Shown here: in pieces, positions 40,633 through 50,132 of the stretch | How positions within the stretch are numbered: position 1 is the first letter of the stretch | Layout of the letters: each line of letters starts with the position of its first letter | Assembly (NCBI GenBank): GCA_045046705.1 | Contig: JASFZB010000007.1 | Span: 438 to 64,437 of the forward strand | Length of the DNA: 64,000 bases | Reading direction: 5' to 3' | Source of the DNA: Rhodobacterales bacterium | GTDB taxonomy: Bacteria; Pseudomonadota; Alphaproteobacteria; Rhodobacterales; Rhodobacteraceae | Notes under the pieces: generated by a model | What the model saw: only the letters and a program-made list of their open reading frames with translations | The model's database searches: none | What the model was told of the DNA's origin: nothing | Program-made: the position numbers and the translations under genes

Positions 40633-40703
40633 GCGAATTCCTCCCAAAACTTTTCTTGCTATTCTACATGAACGCGCGGGGCTTGAAAGGCAATATTAGT
40701 TAA

Positions 40704-40759
40704 TTTGCAAAACTATAATATTTTCGCTATTGCTATTTGCAAAGTTGCAAAGTTGCAAA
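40704..40759. promoter_or_regulatory. PccR-type operator: TTTGCAAA plus tandem TTTGCAAA-GTTGCAAA-GTTGCAAA
   Basis: Boxes at 40704, 40736, 40744 and 40752 between divergent pccB and pccR; TTTGCAAA is the known ScfR/PccR half-site. Confidence 0.85.
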
Positions 40760-40772
40760 GATTGGACTCGTT

Positions 40773-42185
40773 ATGGCAAACAACAAACTTTATGCAGGGG
40801 TCGCCTTGCGCGAAATTCGCTATGAATTCCGGTTGACCCAAAAACAGTTTGCCGAAAGGCTGAACATTTCCCTACCCTACCTAAGCCAGATGGAAAACAA
40901 TCACCGCCCCATCGCCGCATCCGTGGTTCTGGCACTGGCGCGGGATTTCCATTTCGATGTCTCGAAACTTGCGGGCGGCGACACCCCGCGAATTATAGCC
41001 GATATGAAAGAGGCCCTGGCCGACCCCGCCTTCAAGGATGCCCAGGTCAGTTTGGCGGATTTGCAACTGACCGCCTCAAACGCCCCTACGCTGGCACGGG
41101 CGTTTCTGGATCTGCATCGCACCTACCGTCAGGCACAGGAACGGCTTGCCTCACTAGACGAAGCTTTGGGGCGTGAGGGCGGTTCGGTAACAGTTTCACC
41201 TTGGGAAGAGGTGCGGGATTTCTTTCATTATTGCGATAATTACATTGATGCCATTGACCGATCTGCGGAAAGTTTTTCACATAAATTAGCACAAAGCGGA
41301 CAATCCATACATAATGCCTTGATCCAGTGGCTATCGCACAAACATCACCTGACAGTGCAGTTTGATACAAGCGCCAGCCTGCGGAATTTGGATCATGGTC
41401 GCCGAATTCTTGCTCTGTCAAAAACCGCCAGCAGCCAATCTCAAGCTTTTCAAATGGCGCATCAGGTCGCCCTCTTGGCGCATAATGATTTGATCGAGGC
41501 CAGCTTGGACATGGCGCGTTTCAGCACGCTTGAAGCCCGCGATATATGCAAGATTGGGCTTGCCAATTACTTTGCGGGGGCCACGCTTTTACCCTATGCC
41601 GAGTTTCTGCAAGCCGCACAGGAATGCCGCCATGATCTGGAAATTCTGGCCCTGCGCTTCGGGGCCTCGCTGGAACAGGTCGCACACCGCTTGTCGACCC
41701 TGCAACGCGCCGGGCTTAAGGGAATACCGTTCTTTTTCGTCCGCGTTGATCAGGCCGGCACCATCACCAAACGCCATTCGGCCACCAAGCTGCAATTCGC
41801 CCGTTACGGCGGGGCTTGCCCGTTATGGAACGTACACCGCGCCTTTGAAACCCCGGGGCGGTTCTTGCGGCAACTAGCCGAAACCCCGGACGGGGCGCGG
41901 TACTTCTGTCTGGCCCGTGATGTTTCAAAACCCGCAGGGGCCTTTCACGCGCCCATCAGGCGATATGCCATCGGTCTGGGCTGCGAGGTCAAACATGCAG
42001 GCGCGTTGGTCTATGCCGACGATATGGGCATCAAGAACGCCCAAGCCTTTGAACCCATCGGAATTTCGTGCCGGATTTGCGAGCGTGACAACTGTCACCA
42101 AAGATCAATCCCGCCCTTGGAGCGCCGCCTGAAGGTTGATCACAACGCACGCGGTGTGTTGCCCTATTCGCTTTCGGAAAAGTAA
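40773..42185 (+). CDS. pccR: ScfR-family (XRE-IrrE-ScfR) regulator of propionyl-CoA assimilation
   Basis: XRE HTH (SLPYLSQMENNHRP), SPWEEVRDFFH, GLANYFAGA, ITKRHSAT and CPLWNVH motifs, C-terminal GISCRICERDNCHQRS; divergent from pccB. Confidence 0.9.
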   Translation: MANNKLYAGVALREIRYEFRLTQKQFAERLNISLPYLSQMENNHRPIAASVVLALARDFHFDVSKLAGGDTPRIIADMKEALADPAFKDAQVSLADLQLTASNAPTLARAFLDLHRTYRQAQERLASLDEALGREGGSVTVSPWEEVRDFFHYCDNYIDAIDRSAESFSHKLAQSGQSIHNALIQWLSHKHHLTVQFDTSASLRNLDHGRRILALSKTASSQSQAFQMAHQVALLAHNDLIEASLDMARFSTLEARDICKIGLANYFAGATLLPYAEFLQAAQECRHDLEILALRFGASLEQVAHRLSTLQRAGLKGIPFFFVRVDQAGTITKRHSATKLQFARYGGACPLWNVHRAFETPGRFLRQLAETPDGARYFCLARDVSKPAGAFHAPIRRYAIGLGCEVKHAGALVYADDMGIKNAQAFEPIGISCRICERDNCHQRSIPPLERRLKVDHNARGVLPYSLSEK

Positions 42186-42243
42186 CTGGACGTTTGTTTG
42201 CAGCATGATAAGTCTGGGCACTGTCACCATTCAGGCCCACTTC

Positions 42244-43470
42244 ATGCACGCAAACTTTCCAAAATCGCGTTACCTTGACCGCGCAACGCCGCCCCATATC
42301 ACCACATTGGTTCTTATAGCGGCCCTTGGGTCGGTCACCCTAAGCATCTTTCTGGCCTCGTTGCCCGAAATGGCGCGCTATTTCCATGTGCCTTATGCGC
42401 TGATGCAACTGGCAATCACCGGCTATCTGGCCCTGACAGGCGTGGCGCATTTACTGCTCGGCCCGATCTCGGACCGGTTCGGCCGCCGCCCAGTCATGCT
42501 GGTGTCCATTCTACTGTTCATTGCCGCCACCATCGGGGCAGCCAGTGCCTCTGGTTTTGAAATTTTCATGGTGTTCCGCACCCTACAGGCGGTCATTGTC
42601 AGCGGCATGGTGTTATCGCGCACCATTGTGCGTGACCTTGTCGCCCGGGAACGCGCTGCCAGCATGATCGGTTATGTCACCATGGGCATGTCTTTGGCCC
42701 CGATGCTGGCACCGCCTTTTGGCGGTTATTTGGCGGAGCATTTCGGCTGGCAGTCTAATTTTCACTTTCTGGCCCTGTTCGGCGCATGCGTATTTGTGGT
42801 CTGCTGGTTTGATCAAGGCGAAACCAACCGCTATAAAACGGCCAGTTTCAAACAACAATTGCGCGCCTACCCGAAACTTTTGACCTCGCGCAGGTTTTGG
42901 GGCTACGCCCTGACCGCCGGTTTTACCGCAGGCACTTTCTTTGCCTATCTGGGCGGGGCACCTTATGTCGGCAGCGAGATCTACGGCCTGACCAGTTCTG
43001 AAATAGGGCTTTATCTGATGCTTACCCCGATCGGGTATCTTATCGGTAACGGCATATCGGGCAGATTCAGCAGCACGCTTGGCATTTATAAAATGATCGG
43101 TATCGGTATTCTGATCCCGCTTCTGGGCATGCTGGGGGCGTTGGCCCTTACCCTAGCGGGTTGGGATCATCCGCTGGCGTTTTTCCTGTTCACCATCACC
43201 ATCGGTCTGGGCAACGGCATGACCTTGCCCAATGCAACCGCAGGTATGCTGGATGTCCACCCCGAGCTTGCAGGCTCGGCTTCCGGACTGGGCGGGGCTT
43301 TGATGACGGTCGGCGGGGCGGCGTTTTCCACTTTATCGGGGTCTTTGCTTAACACCCACAGCGGCCCGTTGCCGCTAATTTTATGTATCATTCTGGCCGC
43401 AGTTTTCGCACTTTTAGCGGCACTTTATACATTCCAAATCGAAAAACAGATCGAAAGAGCGGGCGCATGA
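42244..43470 (+). CDS. Bcr/CflA-family MFS drug efflux transporter
   Basis: GPISDRFGRRPVML, RTIVRDL and APMLAPPFGG motifs; 12 TM. Confidence 0.88.
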   Translation: MHANFPKSRYLDRATPPHITTLVLIAALGSVTLSIFLASLPEMARYFHVPYALMQLAITGYLALTGVAHLLLGPISDRFGRRPVMLVSILLFIAATIGAASASGFEIFMVFRTLQAVIVSGMVLSRTIVRDLVARERAASMIGYVTMGMSLAPMLAPPFGGYLAEHFGWQSNFHFLALFGACVFVVCWFDQGETNRYKTASFKQQLRAYPKLLTSRRFWGYALTAGFTAGTFFAYLGGAPYVGSEIYGLTSSEIGLYLMLTPIGYLIGNGISGRFSSTLGIYKMIGIGILIPLLGMLGALALTLAGWDHPLAFFLFTITIGLGNGMTLPNATAGMLDVHPELAGSASGLGGALMTVGGAAFSTLSGSLLNTHSGPLPLILCIILAAVFALLAALYTFQIEKQIERAGA

Positions 43471-44285
43471 AGCTGCGACGCTTTCTAAAACGCCTGATAT
43501 ATGCCGCCCTTGTTGTTTATCTTGCGGCCTTTGCCCTTGTCTGGTTCGCCCGCACTGCCCTGATCTACCCGTTTGATCCCGCCCATATCACGCCGCGCCA
43601 AGCGGGGGAGCCGCGCTTGATCGAGAAAACCCTGACAACCGACGATGGTGCCAACCTGATTGTCTGGGAACGCCCCGCAAAGGGGCGCAAAGCGACATTG
43701 GTTTATTTCCACGGCAACGCGGGAAATCTGGCGGGGCGCGCCCAGAGGTTTAGCCACCTGAGTGATCGCGGCTACGGGATTGTGGCACTGGCTTACCGTG
43801 GCTCGGGCGGCAGCACGGGGCGGCCATCCGAAGCGGCCCTTAGCAAAGACGCTATTTTATTGCGGCGCAAGCTGCCGCTGCTTTTAGGTCAGGCTATAGT
43901 GGGAAAAATCATCTATTACGGCGAAAGTCTGGGCACAGGGGTTGCGGTGAAACTGGCCACGACATACCCGCCCGACGCCCTGATACTGGAAGCCCCCTAC
44001 ACTGCCATCGTTGATCTGGCCGCACGCCAGATGCCGTTCTTTCCGATCCGCGCAGTTTTGGATCAGCGGTGGGAAACAAGCAGGTATATCACACAAGTGA
44101 ACAGCCCCACTCTGATTATACACGGCACAGATGACCAAGTCGTGCCCTATGCCATGGGCAAAACCCTGTTTGCCCTGTCGCCGGCCAAAAACAATGTGAT
44201 GAAAACACTGCCGGGGGCAGGCCATTTGCCGGCGTTCTCGGGGCCGGGCCAAACCGCAATTTACCTCTTTATTGACGGGCTTTAG
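43467..44285 (+). CDS. Membrane-anchored alpha/beta hydrolase (BEM46-like)
   Basis: YFHGNAGN, YRGSGGS, YGESLGTG and IIHGTDD motifs; N-terminal TM. Confidence 0.85.
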   Translation: MKLRRFLKRLIYAALVVYLAAFALVWFARTALIYPFDPAHITPRQAGEPRLIEKTLTTDDGANLIVWERPAKGRKATLVYFHGNAGNLAGRAQRFSHLSDRGYGIVALAYRGSGGSTGRPSEAALSKDAILLRRKLPLLLGQAIVGKIIYYGESLGTGVAVKLATTYPPDALILEAPYTAIVDLAARQMPFFPIRAVLDQRWETSRYITQVNSPTLIIHGTDDQVVPYAMGKTLFALSPAKNNVMKTLPGAGHLPAFSGPGQTAIYLFIDGL

Positions 44286-44874
44286 TCGCGCCTTGATCTG
44301 CGGCCAACTGCAAATGCAGATATTCGGACACAATCGAAATCGTTTCCAAACGCTCGGTGCTGGATTTTTGCAAGGCTTGCCGGATGTAAAACCCGTCAAT
44401 GATTGACGCAAGCCCGTTGGCAATGCGTTGCGCCTTGGCTTGATCCGTCAGTTTCGACAAATCATACACCAGGTTCGATTGCAATCGCCGCGCATAAACC
44501 TGCAATAGCCGATGCGCCGCTGTCGAGTTTTGTGCCAAAACATAGAAGGTCAACCAAGAGGCAATGACCTCGGGCTTGAAATTATCGGGGTGGAAACTGG
44601 CAGCAATGATCGCATCAAGCCGCTCCATCGGGGTTTTGGCCTTGGCCAGCTCGACCTTCACATGCGCCCCGAAAAGCACCAGTATCGAGCGCATTGCGGC
44701 CAGCAGGATTTGATCTTTGCTGCCGAAATAATGATGCGCCAAAGCACTGGAAACACCCGCTCTTTTGGCAATTTTTCCGACCGTGACATCCAGCGAGCCA
44801 ACCTCGCCGATCTCGCAAATCGCGGCCTCTATCAGGGCTTTGCTGCGTATCGGTTTCATTCCAAGTTTGGGCAT
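44269..44874 (-). CDS. betI: Choline-responsive TetR repressor BetI
   Basis: MPKLGMKPIR, VTVGKIAKRAGVSSALAHHYFGSK and YARRLQSNL motifs. Confidence 0.93.
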   Translation of the reverse strand: MPKLGMKPIRSKALIEAAICEIGEVGSLDVTVGKIAKRAGVSSALAHHYFGSKDQILLAAMRSILVLFGAHVKVELAKAKTPMERLDAIIAASFHPDNFKPEVIASWLTFYVLAQNSTAAHRLLQVYARRLQSNLVYDLSKLTDQAKAQRIANGLASIIDGFYIRQALQKSSTERLETISIVSEYLHLQLAADQGATKARQ

Positions 44875-44912
44875 GTTCATCCTTAAAATTCGGCTGGCTA
44901 AATCTGCAAATG

Positions 44913-44937
44913 TTTATTGACTGGTCAGTCAAATAAA
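44913..44937. promoter_or_regulatory. BetI operator TTTA-TTGACTG-GT-CAGTCAA-ATAAA
   Basis: Perfect 7-bp arms between divergent betI and choX. Confidence 0.8.
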
Positions 44938-45000
44938 TCTTGCATTTTAATTGCCTGTGTTTTCTATTACCCTAGGAACATGAAAAATGGGAGATTAAAA

Positions 45001-45936
45001 ATGCACTCACTGAAAACCACTGCTTCTGCCGTTGCGGTGCTATGCGCACTCGCAACTGGGGCCAATGCCGCGGGCTGCGATAAAGTCATCTTTTCCGATG
45101 TGGGTTGGACAGATATTACCTCGACAACTGCCGCCACAACCCTGGTGCTGGATGCTTTGGGCTACGACACCAAGATCAAAGTTCTTTCCGTGCCTGTGAC
45201 CTATGCGGGCATGGCCGGTGGCGATATAGATGTTTTCCTTGGTAACTGGATGCCAACGATGGAAGGCGACATTGCCAAATACCGCGATGAAGGCTCTGTG
45301 GACACGATCGGGGCCAACCTTGAAGGTGCCAAATACACCTTGGCCGTTAATGAGGCCGCTGCCAAACTGGGCATCAAGGATTTTGCCGATATTGCCAAAG
45401 CCAAAGATGCTCTGGACGGTAAAATCTACGGCATCGAGCCTGGCAATGACGGCAACCGTTTGATCCAGGACATGATCGACAAAAACGCTTTTGGCCTGAA
45501 AGGTTTCGAAGTTGTTGAAAGTTCCGAACAGGGCATGCTGGCGCAGGTCAAACGGCTGGACAAGAAAAACCAACCGATTGTGTTTCTGGGCTGGGAACCG
45601 CACCCGATGAATGCCAACTATAATATGTCCTATCTAACCGGTGGCGACGATTATTTTGGCCCCAATCTGGGCGGCGCAACGGTCTATACAAACACTCGTG
45701 CAGGTTATGTCAATGAGTGTAAAAACGTTGGGGCGCTTCTGAAAAACCTGAAGTTCAGCCTGGCCATGGAAAATGAAATCATGGGGGCTATTCTGGACGA
45801 CGGTGAAGACCCCAGCAAAGCAGCCAAAACCTGGCTGACTGCGCATCCCGATGTTTTGGCCCCGTGGCTGGCAGGTGTGACCACCAAAGACGGTGGCGAT
45901 GCCATGGCTGCGGTCAAATCATCCTTGGGCCTGTAA
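45001..45936 (+). CDS. choX: Choline ABC transporter binding protein
   Basis: FSDVGWTDIT, DVFLGNWMP, YGIEPGNDGN, FLGWEPHPMN and DDYFGPN motifs. Confidence 0.93.
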   Translation: MHSLKTTASAVAVLCALATGANAAGCDKVIFSDVGWTDITSTTAATTLVLDALGYDTKIKVLSVPVTYAGMAGGDIDVFLGNWMPTMEGDIAKYRDEGSVDTIGANLEGAKYTLAVNEAAAKLGIKDFADIAKAKDALDGKIYGIEPGNDGNRLIQDMIDKNAFGLKGFEVVESSEQGMLAQVKRLDKKNQPIVFLGWEPHPMNANYNMSYLTGGDDYFGPNLGGATVYTNTRAGYVNECKNVGALLKNLKFSLAMENEIMGAILDDGEDPSKAAKTWLTAHPDVLAPWLAGVTTKDGGDAMAAVKSSLGL

Positions 45937-45953
45937 TCCACACATCATAACCC

Positions 45954-45990
45954 AAGCGGCCCCGCCCAAGATCGGTGCAGGGCCGCTTTT
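45954..45990 (+). terminator. Intra-operon stem-loop between choX and choW
   Basis: AAGCGGCCC/GGGCCGCTT followed by short T run. Confidence 0.5.
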
Positions 45991-46005
45991 AACGACAGGT
46001 TCCAC

Positions 46006-46842
46006 ATGCACTGGCTGACAGACACGAAAATTCCCATCGGCAAAACAGCGAAATATATTTTCGATTGGCTACAAACCCATGGGGAAACGTTTTTCGACCT
46101 GCTTTCGACCGCTCTGGAACATTTGATCGAATCTTTTCTATGGGTGCTGCAAACCCCGCACCCCCTGATCGTAATTGCGGTTTTTACCCTTATTGCCTGG
46201 TTTTTACAAAAATCATGGAAAATATGCCTATTGGTGGTTTTGGGCCTGCTTTTGATCGTCAATCAGGGCTATTGGGATGAGACCACGGAAAGCCTGACAT
46301 TGGTGTTGTCGGCCTGTGTGGTTTGCATGGGGGTTGGGGTGCCGATCGGCATATGGATCGGCCACAAGCCGAAACTATACGCCTATCTCGCGCCGGTTCT
46401 GGATCTGATGCAAACCCTGCCAACCTTTGTCTATCTGATCCCGGCGATTGTGTTTTTCGGCATTGGCATGGTGCCGGGCCTGATCGCCACGGTGATTTTC
46501 GTGCTGCCAGCCCCTATCCGCCTGACCTATCTGGGCATCTCGCAAGTGCCCGAAGACCAGTTGGAAGCCGCCGACAGTTTTGGTTCTACCAAGCGGCAAA
46601 AGCTGTTCAATGTGGAACTGCCCAACGCCATGCCGCAGATCATGACAGGGCTAAACCAGACCATCATGCTATCGCTTTCCATGGTGGTGATCGCCGCCCT
46701 TGTGGGCGCCGACGGTTTGGGCGTTCCAGTTGTGCGGGCGTTGAACTCGGTGAACACCGCCCTTGGTTTTGAAAGCGGCTTTATCATCGTTATCGTCGCC
46801 ATTCTGCTTGACCGTGTGTTGCGTATCCGGACGGATAAATAG
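46006..46842 (+). CDS. choW: Choline ABC transporter permease
   Basis: KIPIGK, PVLDLMQTLPTFVYLIP, EAA loop and GLNQTIMLSLSMVV motifs. Confidence 0.92.
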   Translation: MHWLTDTKIPIGKTAKYIFDWLQTHGETFFDLLSTALEHLIESFLWVLQTPHPLIVIAVFTLIAWFLQKSWKICLLVVLGLLLIVNQGYWDETTESLTLVLSACVVCMGVGVPIGIWIGHKPKLYAYLAPVLDLMQTLPTFVYLIPAIVFFGIGMVPGLIATVIFVLPAPIRLTYLGISQVPEDQLEAADSFGSTKRQKLFNVELPNAMPQIMTGLNQTIMLSLSMVVIAALVGADGLGVPVVRALNSVNTALGFESGFIIVIVAILLDRVLRIRTDK

Positions 46843-46845
46843 CCG

Positions 46846-48318
46846 CTAACGCATCACAAACGGGTCGGCCATCGGTTCATCCGATGTGTTGATCCACACC
46901 GTGCGCGTGCGCGAATAGTCCAGCATCGTATCCAGCCCGCTTTCACGGCCATAGCCGGTATCCTTGTTGCCGCCAAAAGGGGCAACCGGCGAGATCACCC
47001 GCCATGTGTTAATATAGGTAATACCGCCTGCCAGCTTGCGGGTCATGCGCATGCCGCGCGCCAAATCACGGGTAAACGCCCCGCCCGCGTAATGAAACCT
47101 CGAGGCATTGGCCAAGGCCACCGCCTCGTCCTCGGTTTTGAATGAGCGCACGCTCAAGACCGGGCCAAACAGTTCTTCATCAAAAACATCAATACCATCC
47201 ACATCGCAAGACACGATTGTCGGTTCAAAATAATACCCCTTGTCAAAGCCTTCGGGGATTTTACCCCCGGTCAAAACCCTGGCCCCTTTGGCAACGCTTT
47301 TTGCCAGTAAATCCTGAATGCGGTCGCGTTGGCGGCGGGTGCAAAGCGGCCCCATTTCCGTGGCTTTATCCAAAGGGTCACCGATTTTGATGGCTTGAGC
47401 TTTTTCAATCAGCATATCCAGAAACGCATCGCGCACGCCCTCTTGCACAATCAGCCGTGATCCCGAAACGCAGGATTGTCCGGCAGCGGCAAAAACCCCC
47501 GCCACAACCCCGTTGACGGCACTTTCCAAATTGGCATCGTCAAACACCAGAACCGGTGCTTTACCGCCCAGCTCAAGCGTCAAAAGCGCAAAGTTGTCCG
47601 CCGTATTGCGCACCACATTGCGCGCCGCGTCGACCCCGCCGGTAAAGGCCACCCGCGCCACTTTCGGATGCGAGGTCAACCGTGCGCCGCAGGTGGCCCC
47701 ATACCCTGCAATAATATTCACCACGCCGGGTGGAAACCCCGCCTCATCGACCATTTCGGCGAATTTCAACACGGGGCACGGGGCATCTTCGGAAGCCTTG
47801 ATCACGATGGTATTGCCCATGGCAAGGGCAGGGCCAAGTTTGACGCAGGTCAAAAATATCTGGCTGTTCCAAGGCACCACGGCGGCCACAACCCCCAATG
47901 GTTCACGCATGGTCATGCAAATCATATCGGGCTTGTCATGCGGCAGGGTTTGGCCGGTGACCTTATCGGCCAAGCCGCCGTAAAACCGCAGATAATCCGC
48001 CATATAGCGGCATTGGGCGGCGGTTTCGCGCAGGATTTTACCCGAATCGCGGCTTTCCACTTCGGCAAATTCCCCGGCGCGGCGTTCCAGAATATCGCCC
48101 AAACGGTGCAGGCATTTGCCCCGCGCCGTCGGTGTCATCATCGCCCATGGGCCATCACTAAAAGCGCGATGTGCAGCCTCTACGGCGCGGTCAACGTCAC
48201 CTTCTGTTGCTTCGGGGACAGAGGCCCAAACCGTTTCATCGCTTGGGTTCACGCAGTCGATGCGCCCGCCCTTAACCGCGTCACAAAAGCCGCCGTCAAT
48301 ATAAAGCTGATATGTCAT
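46846..48318 (-). CDS. Aldehyde dehydrogenase, TgnC-like
   Basis: IVPWN-like VVPWNSQIFL, LELGGK, AGQSCVSGSR, EELFGPV; C-terminus SDEPMADPFVMR matches TgnC as recalled. Confidence 0.85.
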   Translation of the reverse strand: MTYQLYIDGGFCDAVKGGRIDCVNPSDETVWASVPEATEGDVDRAVEAAHRAFSDGPWAMMTPTARGKCLHRLGDILERRAGEFAEVESRDSGKILRETAAQCRYMADYLRFYGGLADKVTGQTLPHDKPDMICMTMREPLGVVAAVVPWNSQIFLTCVKLGPALAMGNTIVIKASEDAPCPVLKFAEMVDEAGFPPGVVNIIAGYGATCGARLTSHPKVARVAFTGGVDAARNVVRNTADNFALLTLELGGKAPVLVFDDANLESAVNGVVAGVFAAAGQSCVSGSRLIVQEGVRDAFLDMLIEKAQAIKIGDPLDKATEMGPLCTRRQRDRIQDLLAKSVAKGARVLTGGKIPEGFDKGYYFEPTIVSCDVDGIDVFDEELFGPVLSVRSFKTEDEAVALANASRFHYAGGAFTRDLARGMRMTRKLAGGITYINTWRVISPVAPFGGNKDTGYGRESGLDTMLDYSRTRTVWINTSDEPMADPFVMR

Positions 48319-49052
48319 CGGGTTTCCTTTGCCAGTAAATCCATGATCAATCCTGCCAGTTCCGCGGGCTTTTGCATAGGCACCATATGGGCGGCATCCT
48401 TGAAGATAGCACAGTGTGCATTCGGCAACTCAGCCGCCATTTTTTCAGCCATCGCGGAGGTTGAACCGGCATCAAGACCGCCAGTCACCACCAGCGCGGG
48501 CACCTTGATGCTTTTCAAACGGCCCGTTATTTGCGCCCCCTCATGGGCAAAAACCCTATAACTGCGCATAAACTGATCGGTGTCGTTGGTTTCCAGACAC
48601 CTACGGGTTTGTGTCAGATATTCAGGATATTTAACGGCAAATTCAGGCGTAAACCAGCGCGCAAGGGCCGCGTCGATCATCACTTGCGGCCCCCCGGTTT
48701 GCGATTGCCTGAACCGCGTTTGCACTGCCGACATTTGTTCGGGCGTGCGGTCATAAACCCCGTTTAGCAAGATCAGATGCGAAATTCTTGCGGGATTTGT
48801 CAAAGCCGCCCATTGCGCAATCATAACCCCCAGAGAAAAGCCGCAAAGCGCGAATTTGTCCAAGCCTTGCCCATCCGCATAGCCCATGAGATCTGCCACA
48901 AATCCGTCAAGGCTGGCAGGCCCTTCCCAGTTCGGCCCCTCCCCGTGTCCGCGCAAATCATAGGCGTAGGTGGAAACATCGGGCAAAACGACCCTCAGCG
49001 GCAGCCAAATCGTGTGGTCCAGCCCGACCCCGTGCAACAGGATCAAATCCAC
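48315..49052 (-). CDS. Alpha/beta hydrolase, TgnD-like
   Basis: LHGVGLD, nucleophile elbow GFSLG, TGGLDAGS and AAHMVP motifs; couples to both neighbours. Confidence 0.8.
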   Translation of the reverse strand: MDLILLHGVGLDHTIWLPLRVVLPDVSTYAYDLRGHGEGPNWEGPASLDGFVADLMGYADGQGLDKFALCGFSLGVMIAQWAALTNPARISHLILLNGVYDRTPEQMSAVQTRFRQSQTGGPQVMIDAALARWFTPEFAVKYPEYLTQTRRCLETNDTDQFMRSYRVFAHEGAQITGRLKSIKVPALVVTGGLDAGSTSAMAEKMAAELPNAHCAIFKDAAHMVPMQKPAELAGLIMDLLAKETR

Positions 49053-50095
49053 TATGCAGCCCCTTTGAAGTTCGGCATGACTTCTTCGATGAACAGATTA
49101 AGACTTCGTTTTTTATCCGCAAAGCTGGCCCCGCTATCAATCCAGTAACTATATTCGTCATAGCCCATCGCCTGATAGGTTTTAATGCGCGCAGTCACCT
49201 GATCCGGCGTGCCGACCACGTTGTTTTTGCGCATGTTTTCAGGGCTGAACATCTCAATCGCGGCCATTTCATCGGAACTGAGTTCCTTGATATGACCGTT
49301 GATAATAGGACGTTCATTTCGAAACCAAGCCCCGAAGGTACAGTAAAACCGCGATAAATCTTGCGCGTCTTGTGCAATATCCGCTTCATTCGAGCCCACA
49401 GCAGTGTGGTTCAGAAGCATTATCCTGGGGGATTTATCTGGGTTTTCCATTTTGGCTTCACGAAACTTCAGCATCAGGTTTTCCACCTCGTCATCGCCAT
49501 TCCAAAGCGGTGTTACCTGCACATGACAATCGTTTTTCATGGCAAAATCAAACGAATTCGGATCGCGTGCCGCCACCCAGACCGGCGGGCCACCAGCCTG
49601 TTTCGGTTTTGGTACGGCGGTGGATTTCGGGAACGCGTAATGCTTGCCCTGCATTTCATAATCCCCCGCCCAAAGGGCCTTGATCGCTGGCACTATTTCA
49701 CGCAAATGCTCGCCTGCGGCCCAGGCATCCATGCCGCCGCCAAGACGGTCGTATTCAAAACTATAGGCCCCGCGTGCAATACCAAGCTCCAGACGACCGC
49801 CGGTAATCAAATCGGTCATCGCCGCTTCCCCCGCCAGCCTGATCGGATCCCAGAACGGGGCAACAATGGTGCCGGTACCCAAACGGATACGCTCGGTTTT
49901 GCCGGCCAGCTCGACCAGCAACAGGAACGGGTTCGGCGAGATGGTGAAATCCATCGCATGATGTTCGCCAGTCCAGACGGTTTTCATACCGCCCGCTTCG
50001 GCCATCAACGCCAGCTCGATAAACTGGTCATGCAATTCCTGATAAGTGTCTTTCGTAGACAAACGTTCCATGTGAACGAAAAGCGAGAAATCCAT
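49052..50095 (-). CDS. Luciferase-like flavin monooxygenase, TgnB-like
   Basis: FSLFVHMER, WTGEHHAMDFTISPNPF, GIARGAYSFEY, WVAARDPNS, FGAWFRNER and YDEYSYWID match Acinetobacter TgnB as recalled. Confidence 0.85.
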   Translation of the reverse strand: MDFSLFVHMERLSTKDTYQELHDQFIELALMAEAGGMKTVWTGEHHAMDFTISPNPFLLLVELAGKTERIRLGTGTIVAPFWDPIRLAGEAAMTDLITGGRLELGIARGAYSFEYDRLGGGMDAWAAGEHLREIVPAIKALWAGDYEMQGKHYAFPKSTAVPKPKQAGGPPVWVAARDPNSFDFAMKNDCHVQVTPLWNGDDEVENLMLKFREAKMENPDKSPRIMLLNHTAVGSNEADIAQDAQDLSRFYCTFGAWFRNERPIINGHIKELSSDEMAAIEMFSPENMRKNNVVGTPDQVTARIKTYQAMGYDEYSYWIDSGASFADKKRSLNLFIEEVMPNFKGAA

Positions 50096-50096
50096 C

Positions 50097-50132
50097 TTAG
50101 ACCCCGCCGCGTATGTTTGATAAATGGCGCAT
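50097..50132 (-). other. 11-codon upstream ORF (MRHLSNIRGGV) ending 1 bp before the TgnB-like start
   Basis: Strong GAGGAGG RBS 7 nt before ATG; TAA-G-ATG junction. Confidence 0.5.
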
